From Nitrosopumilus maritimus SCM1 (GTDB lineage: Archaea; Thermoproteota; Nitrososphaeria; Nitrososphaerales; Nitrosopumilaceae): a DNA stretch of 32,000 nucleotides. The stretch is from positions 420,001-452,000 of the forward strand of contig NC_010085.1 in the NCBI RefSeq assembly GCF_000018465.1, written 5' to 3'. The translations under genes and the position numbers were made by a program. The notes beneath the pieces are model-generated. The model did not search any database. It was not told where the DNA came from and worked only from the letters and a program-made list of their open reading frames with translations. Positions 1-9,250 of the stretch are shown piece after piece (position 1 is the stretch's first letter; the number at the start of each line of letters is the position of its first letter).

Positions 1-121
1 GTGTTGGAACAACGTTCATTCCATCTAGTTTGAATTCCACTTCATACAAGTGAACTTTGGAGCATTCGCACATGTCTATCCAGTCTCTAAATTTTCCTCT
101 ATATTTGCTTATTTGAAGCAA
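1..121 (-). CDS. Partial hypothetical protein running off the left edge; N-terminal part reads (L)LQISKYRGKFRDWIDMCECSKVHLYEVEFKLDGMNVVPT
   Basis: Manual reverse-strand reading. Open from a possible TTG start at 121 (next ATG at 73) to the window edge; incomplete, so weak. Confidence 0.35.
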   Translation of the reverse strand, partial: MLQISKYRGKFRDWIDMCECSKVHLYEVEFKLDGMNVVPT

Positions 122-165
122 GTTGAATAACGTTTAACTATCTCTTTTGATAATTTTTTTTAGAT

Positions 166-1641
166 TTGAATAAACTGTTAATTCTTCCAATTTTCATGAC
201 GGTATTTTTGGGTACTTTGATGATGCCTTCAGCTTTTGCACAATTTCAATCTGGAGGTGTAGATATGCCTGGAACATGGTATGTTGGTGAAGGCCTCAAA
301 CACGGCGATTATTTTTCTTACAATCTTTGTCATGTTGACTATAAGGAATGTGCTGAATTTGGTCTAGATATGTGGATTAAAGGAGATATTCAATCTGGCA
401 GTGAAACAAAGTGGTTAGCTGAAGTTGTTGTATATGATGGCAACAAAGTTGTTGTCGGTGAAATGGAATTAGGAAAGATTGCTCCTGAACCAACTGGTGG
501 AAGTGAAGAACTAGGTGTGTATAGAGGTGCATTCAAATCTTCAGTTGCATGGTTATCTGCATTTGCAACATCTGATTCTGGAACTAGTGGAAAAGGACCA
601 AAGGCATTTAGTGCAACTTCATGGGGAAAGATTGGAAACATTGGTGGAGAACAAGTACTTCCCATGAAGATTGAAACAATTACTATTTCATCTGGAACTT
701 GGGAAACTGTACAAATGGGATGGCGTACTGGTGGACAAACAAGCAAAGTTTGGATTGTAGATGAATTTCCATTTCCTGTAAAAGCCCATACGTTAACTCA
801 TGTTTCAGAGGGAATTCCTCCAGCTGAATACAAATTTGAATTACTAGATTACAAAGAAAACGTTTCAACAAGCCCTTTTTCAGGAATTGTATCTACTGTT
901 GACACTTTTTCAGAACAAGGATGTGATACTGATTTTGAACGAGATGTCACTATAAAAAAACCTACAAACAACTTTGATTATCAAATTCATGTATTCTATG
1001 GACCTGAAGAACCAGTACAAGGTTGTGAGATGCAATGGCTAATAAAATTTATCAGCAAATTTGACGATACTGAATTTTTGAACCAAGTCCAATTTGATTT
1101 TCTAGTAGTAGATGATAACTTGACTCCATTACGTTCAATGGCTCAAGATGAAGGAAGACAGTATCTCTACTCTCCATCTGGACAATACATTCTTGATATG
1201 GTAGTCCAAGAACCACCTGGCAAAGTAAACTATGTTATTTGGGTTTATGGATTAGCTCCTGAAGGAATAGTACCTGGTTCTGCTGCAGATTATTTACAAA
1301 TTCCTGTAACTGTTTTTGCCAGTGAAGGAAGTACTCCGGTAGTTTCTCCACCTTTTGAAACAACATCTCAGGAAATACCTGAATGGATTAAGAATAATGC
1401 AGGCTGGTGGGCAGAAGGTGCAATTGATGATGGTTCATTTGTTCAAGGAATTCAATTCTTAATCAAAGAAGGAATTATGCAAATTCCTCCAACTACACAA
1501 GGAACTAGTTCTTCTAATGAAATTCCCTCTTGGATAAAGCAAAATGCTGCATGGTGGGCAGAAGGTGCAATTGATGATGGTTCATTTGTTCAAGGAATCC
1601 AATTCTTAATCAAAGAAGGAATAATGAGTATCTCTTCTTAA
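166..1641 (+). CDS. Secreted protein with signal peptide and two tandem C-terminal 36-aa W-rich modules
   Basis: 491-aa ORF with TTG start; N-terminus MNKLLILPIFMTVFLGTLMMPSAFAQ is a typical signal peptide. C-terminus contains EIPEWIKNNAGWWAEGAIDDGSFVQGIQFLIKEGIM and EIPSWIKQNAAWWAEGAIDDGSFVQGIQFLIKEGIM. Confidence 0.85.
   Translation: MNKLLILPIFMTVFLGTLMMPSAFAQFQSGGVDMPGTWYVGEGLKHGDYFSYNLCHVDYKECAEFGLDMWIKGDIQSGSETKWLAEVVVYDGNKVVVGEMELGKIAPEPTGGSEELGVYRGAFKSSVAWLSAFATSDSGTSGKGPKAFSATSWGKIGNIGGEQVLPMKIETITISSGTWETVQMGWRTGGQTSKVWIVDEFPFPVKAHTLTHVSEGIPPAEYKFELLDYKENVSTSPFSGIVSTVDTFSEQGCDTDFERDVTIKKPTNNFDYQIHVFYGPEEPVQGCEMQWLIKFISKFDDTEFLNQVQFDFLVVDDNLTPLRSMAQDEGRQYLYSPSGQYILDMVVQEPPGKVNYVIWVYGLAPEGIVPGSAADYLQIPVTVFASEGSTPVVSPPFETTSQEIPEWIKNNAGWWAEGAIDDGSFVQGIQFLIKEGIMQIPPTTQGTSSSNEIPSWIKQNAAWWAEGAIDDGSFVQGIQFLIKEGIMSISS
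1372..1626 (+). repeat. Two intragenic direct repeats of 108 bp (1372-1479 and 1519-1626), spaced 147 bp start to start
   Basis: The segment ggtgggcagaaggtgcaattgatgatggttcatttgttcaaggaat.caattcttaatcaaagaaggaat.atg is nearly identical in both copies. Confidence 0.95.
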
Positions 1642-1687
1642 TTACCTACATTCAAATTGTGAATACTGGAAAAATTTTTGAAGAAAA

Positions 1688-2047
1688 ATGGTTGGTCTTT
1701 TCAAACATCCTAAACGAAAAATTAGAAAATTAACTGCACAAGGAAACTATGAAGATGCCATAAAATTAGGAAAAAGTTTGGAATCTGAATATTCTGATGA
1801 TTCTGACTTTATGTTCATCATGGGCAGTGTCTACTTTTTAGTAGATGAACCAAAAAATGCTCTGCCATATTTTGAAAAAGCTTTCCAACTAAATTCTGAT
1901 GACCTTGAGATGCTTAGACTCAAAACTAATGTCCACTTGGCTTTGGAGCAAAAATCTGAAGCCATTGATTGTTGTGAACACATTCTAAAAATTGATCCAA
2001 AAAATGATGAAGCCCATGATTTGCTTGATCAACTAGAAAGACTGTAA
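1688..2047 (+). CDS. Small tetratricopeptide-repeat protein
   Basis: 119 aa; FMFIMGSVYFLVDEPKNALPYFEKAFQLNSDDLEML and SEAIDCCEHILKIDPKNDEAHDLL match TPR spacing. Confidence 0.75.
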   Translation: MVGLFKHPKRKIRKLTAQGNYEDAIKLGKSLESEYSDDSDFMFIMGSVYFLVDEPKNALPYFEKAFQLNSDDLEMLRLKTNVHLALEQKSEAIDCCEHILKIDPKNDEAHDLLDQLERL

Positions 2048-2049
2048 AA

Positions 2050-2526
2050 TTATTTCTTTTTCATCTGGTATGCATTTTCCATTAACCAATCACAAAATGC
2101 TGTGACTTTATCATCAAACTCTGTCCAGATATGTACTGAATGAGGCAAAATGTCTATCTTCCAATTTTCTCCAAAGACTCGTACTCCCTCTTTATTCTCA
2201 TACATGTATGCATCTTCAGTCTGAACATTTCCTAAGAATTCTAATGCCTTTTGTTTGATTTGCTCTCTATCAATTGGAAATCTCTTTCTTTCATAATCTA
2301 CAATTAAACTCAAATCTCTTTTTCCATACATCTCAAACTCTTCAATTCTACCTTCTTTTGGAAAATTCACAACAAGTTTGATGTTGTACTTTTTTCCTAC
2401 CTCTTTTCCAATCTCTACAATTCTTGTATATCCCATTGCAGGATTCTTCTTTAAGAGAAATCTAATCTGTGCCAAGTCTTTTTTCAATGCATCTTGAAGG
2501 TCTGAAATTAATTCTGAAAATATCAT
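2050..2526 (-). CDS. Conserved hypothetical protein, 158 aa
   Basis: Only long ORF in the region, with acidic/basic composition typical of a soluble protein. Confidence 0.65.
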   Translation of the reverse strand: MIFSELISDLQDALKKDLAQIRFLLKKNPAMGYTRIVEIGKEVGKKYNIKLVVNFPKEGRIEEFEMYGKRDLSLIVDYERKRFPIDREQIKQKALEFLGNVQTEDAYMYENKEGVRVFGENWKIDILPHSVHIWTEFDDKVTAFCDWLMENAYQMKKK

Positions 2527-2608
2527 AATTACTTTGAAAAGAAATTCCTATTATAATCATTAATCTCCTCCCAGATTGGTTTTTTTAGAACTTTAATTGG
2601 CTTAGAGT

Positions 2609-3250
2609 ATGGCAATGCCAACTGATGACTCTATGAGGATTGATGATGAATCAGAACGAACAACTGATGTAAACTCGTATCAACGAACATGCATGGATTT
2701 CATTGAGGATATCTCTCATGATTATGAGGCTTGGGTTGATTATTACAAACTGCCTGAAGATGAAGACAAACGAAGAAGAGAAGGAATCCGTGCAACCATT
2801 AGCAAAACAAACACCTGGATTGCCAAAGTAGCAACTTCCATTCCTGCAATTGATGTTGTGATGAATGACGGTATTCAAAAGATGGCTGAATCCACTGCTG
2901 GAAAGCCATTGCAAATTGGAGTCTTTGTAAACAAAACTCCTAGTTATACTGAATCAAAGCCTGGTGTTATTGATGTAAATGTAAAGGCAAGTGGAAGAGA
3001 AGGAAGAAAAGTCAAGCTAGGATATCATTTCAAAGATGACCGATTTAGAATCGAGTCTACCTGTGGAGCATACATGGATGAAACAAATCTACCGCTAGAT
3101 GATTTTGATTTCATGGACATTCACCTAAAAATTCATGCAGAAAATGCAAAACAACGAGATGTCATTTCATTTACTGTAACTATCTATGAGATGGAAAATG
3201 ATGTTGAAATGGAAAAACGAGGACTCAGTACAATAATTCACATTGTTTGA
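2609..3250 (+). CDS. Hypothetical protein, 213 aa, soluble
   Basis: Long ORF; opposite-strand ORF 2651-2914 looks like a shadow. Confidence 0.7.
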   Translation: MAMPTDDSMRIDDESERTTDVNSYQRTCMDFIEDISHDYEAWVDYYKLPEDEDKRRREGIRATISKTNTWIAKVATSIPAIDVVMNDGIQKMAESTAGKPLQIGVFVNKTPSYTESKPGVIDVNVKASGREGRKVKLGYHFKDDRFRIESTCGAYMDETNLPLDDFDFMDIHLKIHAENAKQRDVISFTVTIYEMENDVEMEKRGLSTIIHIV

Positions 3251-3258
3251 TTTGAAAT

Positions 3259-5484
3259 TTATCTAACAGGTTCTACTTCCATCATTGGTTCTTCTAAATA
3301 ATCAATAAACTTGCCAGTGTTTTCAAGTTTGATTGTGTTGATTTCTTCTAGATTCTCAAATGAATTCATCTTTAGATATCCTTGAGATGCTGTATACAAT
3401 ACATCGTCAATGTAGAATGTTCTTGCATCTCCCATTCCATAGTATCTGGAGTCACTATCTGAATGTGTGATTGTTCCTTTAATGGAGAATCCATTTGTAC
3501 TATCAACATCAAATACATAGAATCCACTCCAACGGTTGTATTCTGGTGCAAACATCTTTGATGTAATGTGCTCTAATCTATCTGAATCTCCACTTATTGG
3601 AATTGATAATACATTTCTTGATTTGTCAAAGAAGAATGCCTTGTGATTGTATTGTGCTTCAGAATGGCTTGATCTGTCTCCAATTACAAAGTCATCTAAC
3701 ACTTTGGGGTTGCTCACATCTGCCACATTGAATAATGCAACCTTTACTCCCAATTGTTGAACTCTGTCATTTTCATCTACTTTGGTATCTCGTCCAATTC
3801 CAATTACATGATCCTCATCAAATGGATGCAAATAATTTGAGAATCCTGGTATCTTTAATTCTCCCAAAATCTTTGGTGTATCCTTTGATAGATCAATTAC
3901 AAAGAATGGGTCGATTTGCTCAAATGTTACCAAATAGAGCCTGTCTCCCATGAATCTTGATGAGAAAATACTCTCATCAGGTGCAATGTCTTCTAGTTCT
4001 CCTACTATGTTGAGTTGTTCATCTAGGACATATACTGCATTTGAGCGGATTGTTCCTTCATGTTGAATGTAATACTCTATTGTTGTCGCAACTCTGAATC
4101 TATCTCCTGATTCATCCATTGAGAATTGGTTTAGTAATCTACCTGGTACTGTTCCCTTTGCAACATATTCTATTTTATCTTCATCAATTGAAATTTTGTG
4201 AATGATTGTCTTTCTATTTTCTTCTTGAATCTTTGCATCATACTCATTTAGTGCTTCTCTAATCTTTTCAAACAATTCTTCCTTGTCTGTTTTGCTCATT
4301 TCATTGTAGGAATTTTGCATCAATTCTGAAATCTTTACCCATTGTTCAGATGAATTCAATGAAGAATCATTTTGGATGCTCTTTATTTCATCTTGGATGT
4401 CATTTGGAAGTAATGGAACTATTACATCGTAGAATCTATCGCGTGATGAATTCTCATAATATCCAAATGGCATGTTTTGCTGATAAGTCAAGTAGAAATT
4501 ATTCTCAGATACGTAAAATGTTCCTGAATAACCCATCAAGAAGGTTTCAGAGTTTATTGTATCTCCAAATATGTCAATTGCAGTTAGTGTGTTAAAGTTT
4601 GAAAACTCTTCAACATTGTCAAAATAAAATGCGTCTGGAGTCATAATTCTAACAGAATCCTCCATTATTATTGGAAGTCTGGGATTCTGGTGGTTGATGT
4701 GATTATTTGTAACAAAGTATGCATAATCTCCAATCATTCTGGCATCTCTAAAATGGCCATCAATAGAGTAATCTTTGAGAATGGTTGGATTTTCCTTGTC
4801 AGACACATCTACAATTAATGCGTGAGTGACTGGATTGTATGATGGTCTTGGAATAAAGTCAAACTGTGGGATTATCTCCTCATCACTTTGTCCATTGTAA
4901 AATATCACTAGTCTGTCTTTATTGAGGAACATGTTTTGGATGTACTGTGATTCAATGTCTAATGCAATTTTTAGAATTAATCTTGCATCTTCAGCTGGAT
5001 ATGCATCAATTATTGATAATGTGTTTCTTGAAACAATGTATACATATTTTGAATCATTTTTCAGATAGTCTGGCTCATCTACATTTTCTACTTGAACATT
5101 AGTTGTTGAATAATCTGATCCTCCGTCATCACTTTTGAATTCTGCTTGTGGTGCTGATACTGCAACAGATTCTACACTATCAAACATTGCAGATTCTGCT
5201 ACTACCATAGTTCTGATGGATCTTGTATCATAAAATCCCCCACCAAACAATGATGATGCCTCAAGAATTGATACTAGTTCTTCTTGTGATGATATTTGTT
5301 TGATGTCGTTTGTTCCTTCAAAAAACTCTGAAGCTGATTTGTCTACATAGACAATTTCAGGAGTTGGAACTTCTACAATCTGTGGTTCTTGTTCAAAACC
5401 AATTGCATACATTATTCCTGCTGTTACTATTACCGAAATGGCTACTGCAATTGGGATTATTATTTTTGAACTCAATTTTATCAT
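3259..5484 (-). CDS. Membrane-anchored/secreted protein with C-terminal beta-propeller domain (Beta_propel family)
   Basis: 741 aa. N-terminal TM segment (IIIPIAVAISVIVTAGIMYAIGF). NVDEPDYLKNDSKYVYIVSRNTLSIIDAYPAEDARLI and DVSDKENPTILKDYSIDGHFRDARMIGDYAYFVTNN resemble the archaeal/bacterial secreted beta-propeller family. Confidence 0.8.
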   Translation of the reverse strand: MIKLSSKIIIPIAVAISVIVTAGIMYAIGFEQEPQIVEVPTPEIVYVDKSASEFFEGTNDIKQISSQEELVSILEASSLFGGGFYDTRSIRTMVVAESAMFDSVESVAVSAPQAEFKSDDGGSDYSTTNVQVENVDEPDYLKNDSKYVYIVSRNTLSIIDAYPAEDARLILKIALDIESQYIQNMFLNKDRLVIFYNGQSDEEIIPQFDFIPRPSYNPVTHALIVDVSDKENPTILKDYSIDGHFRDARMIGDYAYFVTNNHINHQNPRLPIIMEDSVRIMTPDAFYFDNVEEFSNFNTLTAIDIFGDTINSETFLMGYSGTFYVSENNFYLTYQQNMPFGYYENSSRDRFYDVIVPLLPNDIQDEIKSIQNDSSLNSSEQWVKISELMQNSYNEMSKTDKEELFEKIREALNEYDAKIQEENRKTIIHKISIDEDKIEYVAKGTVPGRLLNQFSMDESGDRFRVATTIEYYIQHEGTIRSNAVYVLDEQLNIVGELEDIAPDESIFSSRFMGDRLYLVTFEQIDPFFVIDLSKDTPKILGELKIPGFSNYLHPFDEDHVIGIGRDTKVDENDRVQQLGVKVALFNVADVSNPKVLDDFVIGDRSSHSEAQYNHKAFFFDKSRNVLSIPISGDSDRLEHITSKMFAPEYNRWSGFYVFDVDSTNGFSIKGTITHSDSDSRYYGMGDARTFYIDDVLYTASQGYLKMNSFENLEEINTIKLENTGKFIDYLEEPMMEVEPVR

Positions 5485-5603
5485 CTTTTTTGTTTTATCA
5501 GTTTTAGTGATTACTATTCTTTGGTAGTTTGGGATAAAAGGATTAGTGAAATTGAGATTTTACCAAACAACTTACATATTCAAGATTCTCATAATCAATC
5601 TTA

Positions 5604-6323
5604 ATGTCTGCTGAAAATCCAGATGACGTACTAACTGAAAAAATCAAAATTCTAGCCACCGATGATGAGAAAATAAAGTCATTTGGAGAGCTTTTTACGA
5701 ATGATTCTAGTCGTGAAATCTTACAGTTATTGTTCAACGAAGAGATGACTGCAAATCAGATTGCACAAAAGACAGACATCTCACTTCAACTAGTAAAATA
5801 CCATCTCAACAAATTGCAGGATTTAGGAGTTGTAAAGATTTCAAAAGTTGAAAAGAATTCAAAATCTCAAGACATGAAAGTTTACTCTGCAACAAAATTC
5901 AGTATTGTCATCGTTCCTCCAAAACTGTCTGAAAAAACTAAAGAAAGCAAACTTTTGGTTCGTTCATTTAGACATATCTACAAAGTTGCAGGACTTGCTA
6001 TTGCAACCGGCATTTCAGGGATGTTCTCTTTATCTCAAATTCAAAACAAACCCATTCCAGTTCAAAGTGCAAGACAATTTGCAGCAGTTAAAGAACCATC
6101 AATGCGTATGGAATCATTTGACGAATCTGCAGAATCCTTTGTTACATCTGCTCCTAATCTTAATACTGAATCTGAAGATCTTTCAGCAGGTATGGAAATT
6201 ACTGAAAAAGCAATTGATTCAGGTGTTTCTGGAATTGATTTGTCTATACCTTTTGTAATAATTACAATAATCTTGGGTGGACTAACATTGTATTATTTTC
6301 TCAAATCAAGAAAAAACATTTAA
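5604..6323 (+). CDS. Membrane-anchored ArsR-type winged-helix transcriptional regulator
   Basis: N-terminal FGELFTNDSSREILQLLFNEEMTANQIAQKTDISLQLVKYHLNKLQDLGVVKI is wHTH. There is one central hydrophobic segment (YKVAGLAIATGISGMFSL) and one C-terminal (LSIPFVIITIILGGLTLYYFL). Confidence 0.75.
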   Translation: MSAENPDDVLTEKIKILATDDEKIKSFGELFTNDSSREILQLLFNEEMTANQIAQKTDISLQLVKYHLNKLQDLGVVKISKVEKNSKSQDMKVYSATKFSIVIVPPKLSEKTKESKLLVRSFRHIYKVAGLAIATGISGMFSLSQIQNKPIPVQSARQFAAVKEPSMRMESFDESAESFVTSAPNLNTESEDLSAGMEITEKAIDSGVSGIDLSIPFVIITIILGGLTLYYFLKSRKNI

Positions 6324-6637
6324 TCTAATGTTACTTCAATTGTAACTCTTTTTTCTTTTGCTCTTTCTTCTCCAGGATACTTTAATTCTGAAATTTTTTT
6401 ATTCAACTCTTCATCTTCTACAAGTTTTGCATGTCCTGTGAAAACTGTACCATTATACTGAACTTTTACTTGAGAATTTATGATGGCATTTTGAAACCAG
6501 TCTCCATCAGGTCTATGTCTTGAAAAATAGATTTTTCCATTGTGGTTTACTGCTCTAAGCATTACGCTGTGTTCCTTTCCTGTCTTTCTTCCCTTTGTAA
6601 CTAAGATTGGTCGAAACAATTCTTCTGAAATCTTCAT
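6320..6637 (-). CDS. Deazaflavin (F420)-dependent nitroreductase-like small protein
   Basis: 105 aa; RPILVTKGRKTGKEHSVMLRAVNHNGKIYFSRHRPDGDWFQNAIINSQVKVQYNGTVFTGHAKLVED resembles the split-barrel F420/DUF385 fold. Confidence 0.6.
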   Translation of the reverse strand: MKISEELFRPILVTKGRKTGKEHSVMLRAVNHNGKIYFSRHRPDGDWFQNAIINSQVKVQYNGTVFTGHAKLVEDEELNKKISELKYPGEERAKEKRVTIEVTLD

Positions 6638-6725
6638 GCGTAATTTTCTTCTGTCAAGTAATTTAACCCCATTGATAGAAATTTCTGATATCGAGTCTGA
6701 TAAGCAAATCTCATCATTTCAAACC

Positions 6726-7178
6726 ATGTCAGTAAAACTAGAAGGCATGCCATCAAACTTGGCTACTGCAGATACCTTTACTGGAAAAAAAGTCATAGAC
6801 AGAGAAGGAATAGAGTACGGTAAAGTCAAACATATTCACATCAATCAAGACACACTTATCGTATCTGGCGTTACAATCCACCAGGGATTTAACAAGGATT
6901 ACTTTCTCTCAGATGATTACATTGACAAATTCTCTGAAGAGACACTACTTCTTAGTAGACCTCCTGTAAGAACAGGAATTCCTGTAACTGATATTGACCA
7001 AAATAAAATTGGTAAGGTAAAGAGACTGCATAGACATCCTGATACCAATGAGCTAGAATCAATTGAAGTATCAGATGGATTGATGCATTCCAAGATTCTA
7101 TCCAAATCAGAAATTTGGGGAATTGGAGAAAAAGTCATTTTAAGAATGACCAAAGAAGAATTCAAGAATCTTGAATGA
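6726..7178 (+). CDS. PRC-barrel domain protein
   Basis: Track ORF starts at 6540, but the in-frame ATG at 6726 (MSVKLEGMPSNLATADTFTGKKVIDREGIEYGKVKHI) is the likely start and avoids overlap with the minus-strand gene. Two PRC-like halves (GKKVIDREG..YGKVKHI / GIPVTDIDQNKIGKVKRL). Confidence 0.65.
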   Translation: MSVKLEGMPSNLATADTFTGKKVIDREGIEYGKVKHIHINQDTLIVSGVTIHQGFNKDYFLSDDYIDKFSEETLLLSRPPVRTGIPVTDIDQNKIGKVKRLHRHPDTNELESIEVSDGLMHSKILSKSEIWGIGEKVILRMTKEEFKNLE

Positions 7179-7211
7179 TTCTTTTTTTAATTTCTTTTTT
7201 CAAAAATTCAC

Positions 7212-7310
7212 TTATTCTGTTTTCTTAGCACAGCTCTCACAAACAGGAATTCCTTCCATTACTGTAACCTCAACATTTGATGAGTGACATTTCTGACATA
7301 ATCCTTTCAT
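7212..7310 (-). CDS. Small (32 aa) zinc-ribbon/knuckle protein, not in the supplied ORF track
   Basis: Reverse-strand translation MKGLCQKCHSSNVEVTVMEGIPVCESCAKKTE*, with two CxxC knuckles. Confidence 0.6.
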   Translation of the reverse strand: MKGLCQKCHSSNVEVTVMEGIPVCESCAKKTE

Positions 7311-7377
7311 AAAAAAACTCTAAAATTACTCCTTAAATTTTTTTATGGTTTGAAATCAGATCCTTAGCAATTTATAA

Positions 7378-8397
7378 TTGAAAAATGCGATCTATGTGTT
7401 GTATTCAATTGAAACAAAATCTCTAACAAAATCATTTGGTGATGTTACTGCAGTAGACGATGTTTCCTTTACTGTTGAAAGCGGTGAGATCTTTGGATTT
7501 CTTGGACCTAATGGTGCTGGAAAAAGTACAACAATGATGATTCTAACAACTTTACTAAAACCAACATCAGGACAAGCTTTGATTTCTGGGTATGATGTAA
7601 TGGCAAATCCAAAAAATGTTCGTCAAAACATTGGATATGTCCAACAAGAAACTACTGTTGATGAATATCTTACAGGGCGTGAAAATCTTATCCTACAAGC
7701 AAAACTCAATCATATTCCAAAAAATGAGATTGATTCAAGAATTGATGAAGTTTTAGATTTAATTGAATTATCTGATAAACAAAACGAGTCAGTTGTAACC
7801 TACTCTGGTGGAATGAGAAAAAGATTGGATATTGCAGGTGGGCTATTACACCGTCCCAAGGTTTTGTTTTTAGATGAGCCTACTGTTGGCCTTGATATTC
7901 AAACGAGGAGAAAAATTTGGGAGTATATCAAAAGGATTCATGATGAGTTTGAGATGACAATATTCCTTTCAACTCACTATATGGAAGAGGCTGATCAACT
8001 ATGTGATAGAATTGGAATTATTGATGGTGGAAAAATCCAAGTAATTGATTCTCCTAAAAACATGAAAAATGCTATGGGAAATGAAGTCATTTCAATTGTA
8101 ATTGAAGAGAGTGACTCTGGAGATTCTTTCTTATCTGAACTACACAAAATAGAATCTGTAAACAAAATCAATGAAGATGATTCAAAACTTACTCTCTTTG
8201 TCTCAAATGGAACTGAAGTAATTCCCAAAGTCTTTCAGATTTCATCAAACATTGGAATCAAAATTACTTCTATCTCGTTGACTCAACCAACACTTGATGA
8301 CGTCTTTATCTCTTACACTGGACATGAAATTCGAGATGATGATGGAACTTTTAATCGAAAACGAGAACATGCAAAAATGAAGAGGTTACGTGCATGA
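7378..8397 (+). CDS. ABC transporter ATP-binding protein (DrrA/ABC-2 exporter type)
   Basis: Walker A GPNGAGKST, signature YSGGMRKRLDIAGGL, Walker B VLFLDEPTVGLD, H-switch STHYM. Start codon uncertain (TTG 7378 or further in). Confidence 0.93.
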   Translation: MKNAIYVLYSIETKSLTKSFGDVTAVDDVSFTVESGEIFGFLGPNGAGKSTTMMILTTLLKPTSGQALISGYDVMANPKNVRQNIGYVQQETTVDEYLTGRENLILQAKLNHIPKNEIDSRIDEVLDLIELSDKQNESVVTYSGGMRKRLDIAGGLLHRPKVLFLDEPTVGLDIQTRRKIWEYIKRIHDEFEMTIFLSTHYMEEADQLCDRIGIIDGGKIQVIDSPKNMKNAMGNEVISIVIEESDSGDSFLSELHKIESVNKINEDDSKLTLFVSNGTEVIPKVFQISSNIGIKITSISLTQPTLDDVFISYTGHEIRDDDGTFNRKREHAKMKRLRA

Positions 8398-9179
8398 ATA
8401 CTTTGATGTATGATTCTTACACAATTTTTTGGAGAGAGCTAAAGAGATACAAAAAATCTCGAAGTGGTGTTTTAATCAGACTGATACAACCTGCAATTTG
8501 GATTATAGTTATAGGAAATACGTTTTCAGGAACTCAACCACTGATACAGTCAGTTGGTTTTGAAGGTGAATACATTGAATTTATGGCACCTGGTGTCATT
8601 ATACTTACTGCAATTTTTACAAGTATTTTTGGTGGTGTAAACACTTTGTGGGATAGACGCTATGGTTTTATGAATAAAGCATTAACATCACCAATCTCTC
8701 GTTCTGCAATTGCATTAGGAAAAATGTCTGCAATCTCATTAATTGCAGCTCTGCAAGCTAGTTTGATTTTGGGAATTGCTTTGGCGATTGGTGTAACATT
8801 TCCAAATCCAATAATGATTGCTCCAATCATGGCAATTGTTATTTTGTTTTCTTTAGGATTTTCTGGAATCTCTGTGATGGTTGCAGCTACTGCAAAGTCT
8901 CAAGAAACCTTTTGGGGAATAATCAATTTCCTTGGAATGCCATTATTCATGTTGAGCCCTGCATTATTCCCATTAGAGTTGCTGCCTAACTGGCTTGCAA
9001 CTGTTGCAAAACTAAACCCTGTCACGTATACTGTATTGCTTGTAAGAGAGATGATGACGGGTGTGTCTGAAGGAGGCGTGTCTGTTCTTCTCAGCCTTGG
9101 CATTATCTTTGTCTTTGTATTGGTGATGGTTGGGCTTGCAAGCTATGTGTTTACTCGTGAGGTAAACAAGCCATTTTGA
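8394..9179 (+). CDS. ABC-2 type permease (DrrB-like)
   Basis: Six hydrophobic segments; MAPGVIILTAIFTSIFGGVNTLWDRRYGFMNKALTSPISRSAIALGK is typical of ABC-2 permeases. ATGA-type overlap with the ATPase gene. Confidence 0.9.
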   Translation: MNTLMYDSYTIFWRELKRYKKSRSGVLIRLIQPAIWIIVIGNTFSGTQPLIQSVGFEGEYIEFMAPGVIILTAIFTSIFGGVNTLWDRRYGFMNKALTSPISRSAIALGKMSAISLIAALQASLILGIALAIGVTFPNPIMIAPIMAIVILFSLGFSGISVMVAATAKSQETFWGIINFLGMPLFMLSPALFPLELLPNWLATVAKLNPVTYTVLLVREMMTGVSEGGVSVLLSLGIIFVFVLVMVGLASYVFTREVNKPF

Positions 9180-9250
9180 GATAAAGTTGACAAAAAATCA
9201 AACAATTGTTAACTCTGTTGATCTTTGAGAAATTTTGAAATCTATATCTG

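Noticed and set aside
390-746. 118-aa minus-strand ORF opposite the first secreted gene
   Set aside because: Antisense shadow of a clear signal-peptide ORF with composition reflecting complementary codons; no domain signature.
3735-4595. Plus-strand ORFs 3735-3953 and 4350-4595
   Set aside because: Lie antisense inside the beta-propeller gene; His/Leu/Cys-rich nonsense-like composition.
5520-5568. Possible inverted repeat TTTGGTA...TACCAAA in the propeller/regulator gap
   Set aside because: Only 7-bp arms with a loop of over 30 nt in AT-rich DNA; not distinguishable from chance without conservation data.
5905-6258. 117-aa ORF in an alternate frame of the membrane wHTH gene
   Set aside because: Same-strand out-of-frame ORF fully inside a well supported gene; Leu/Gln-rich frame-shift artefact.
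7378-9179. ABC ATPase plus ABC-2 permease considered as an antibiotic or bacteriocin exporter with biosynthetic partner
   Set aside because: No precursor peptide or modification enzymes next to it; ordinary DrrAB-like pair with unknown substrate.
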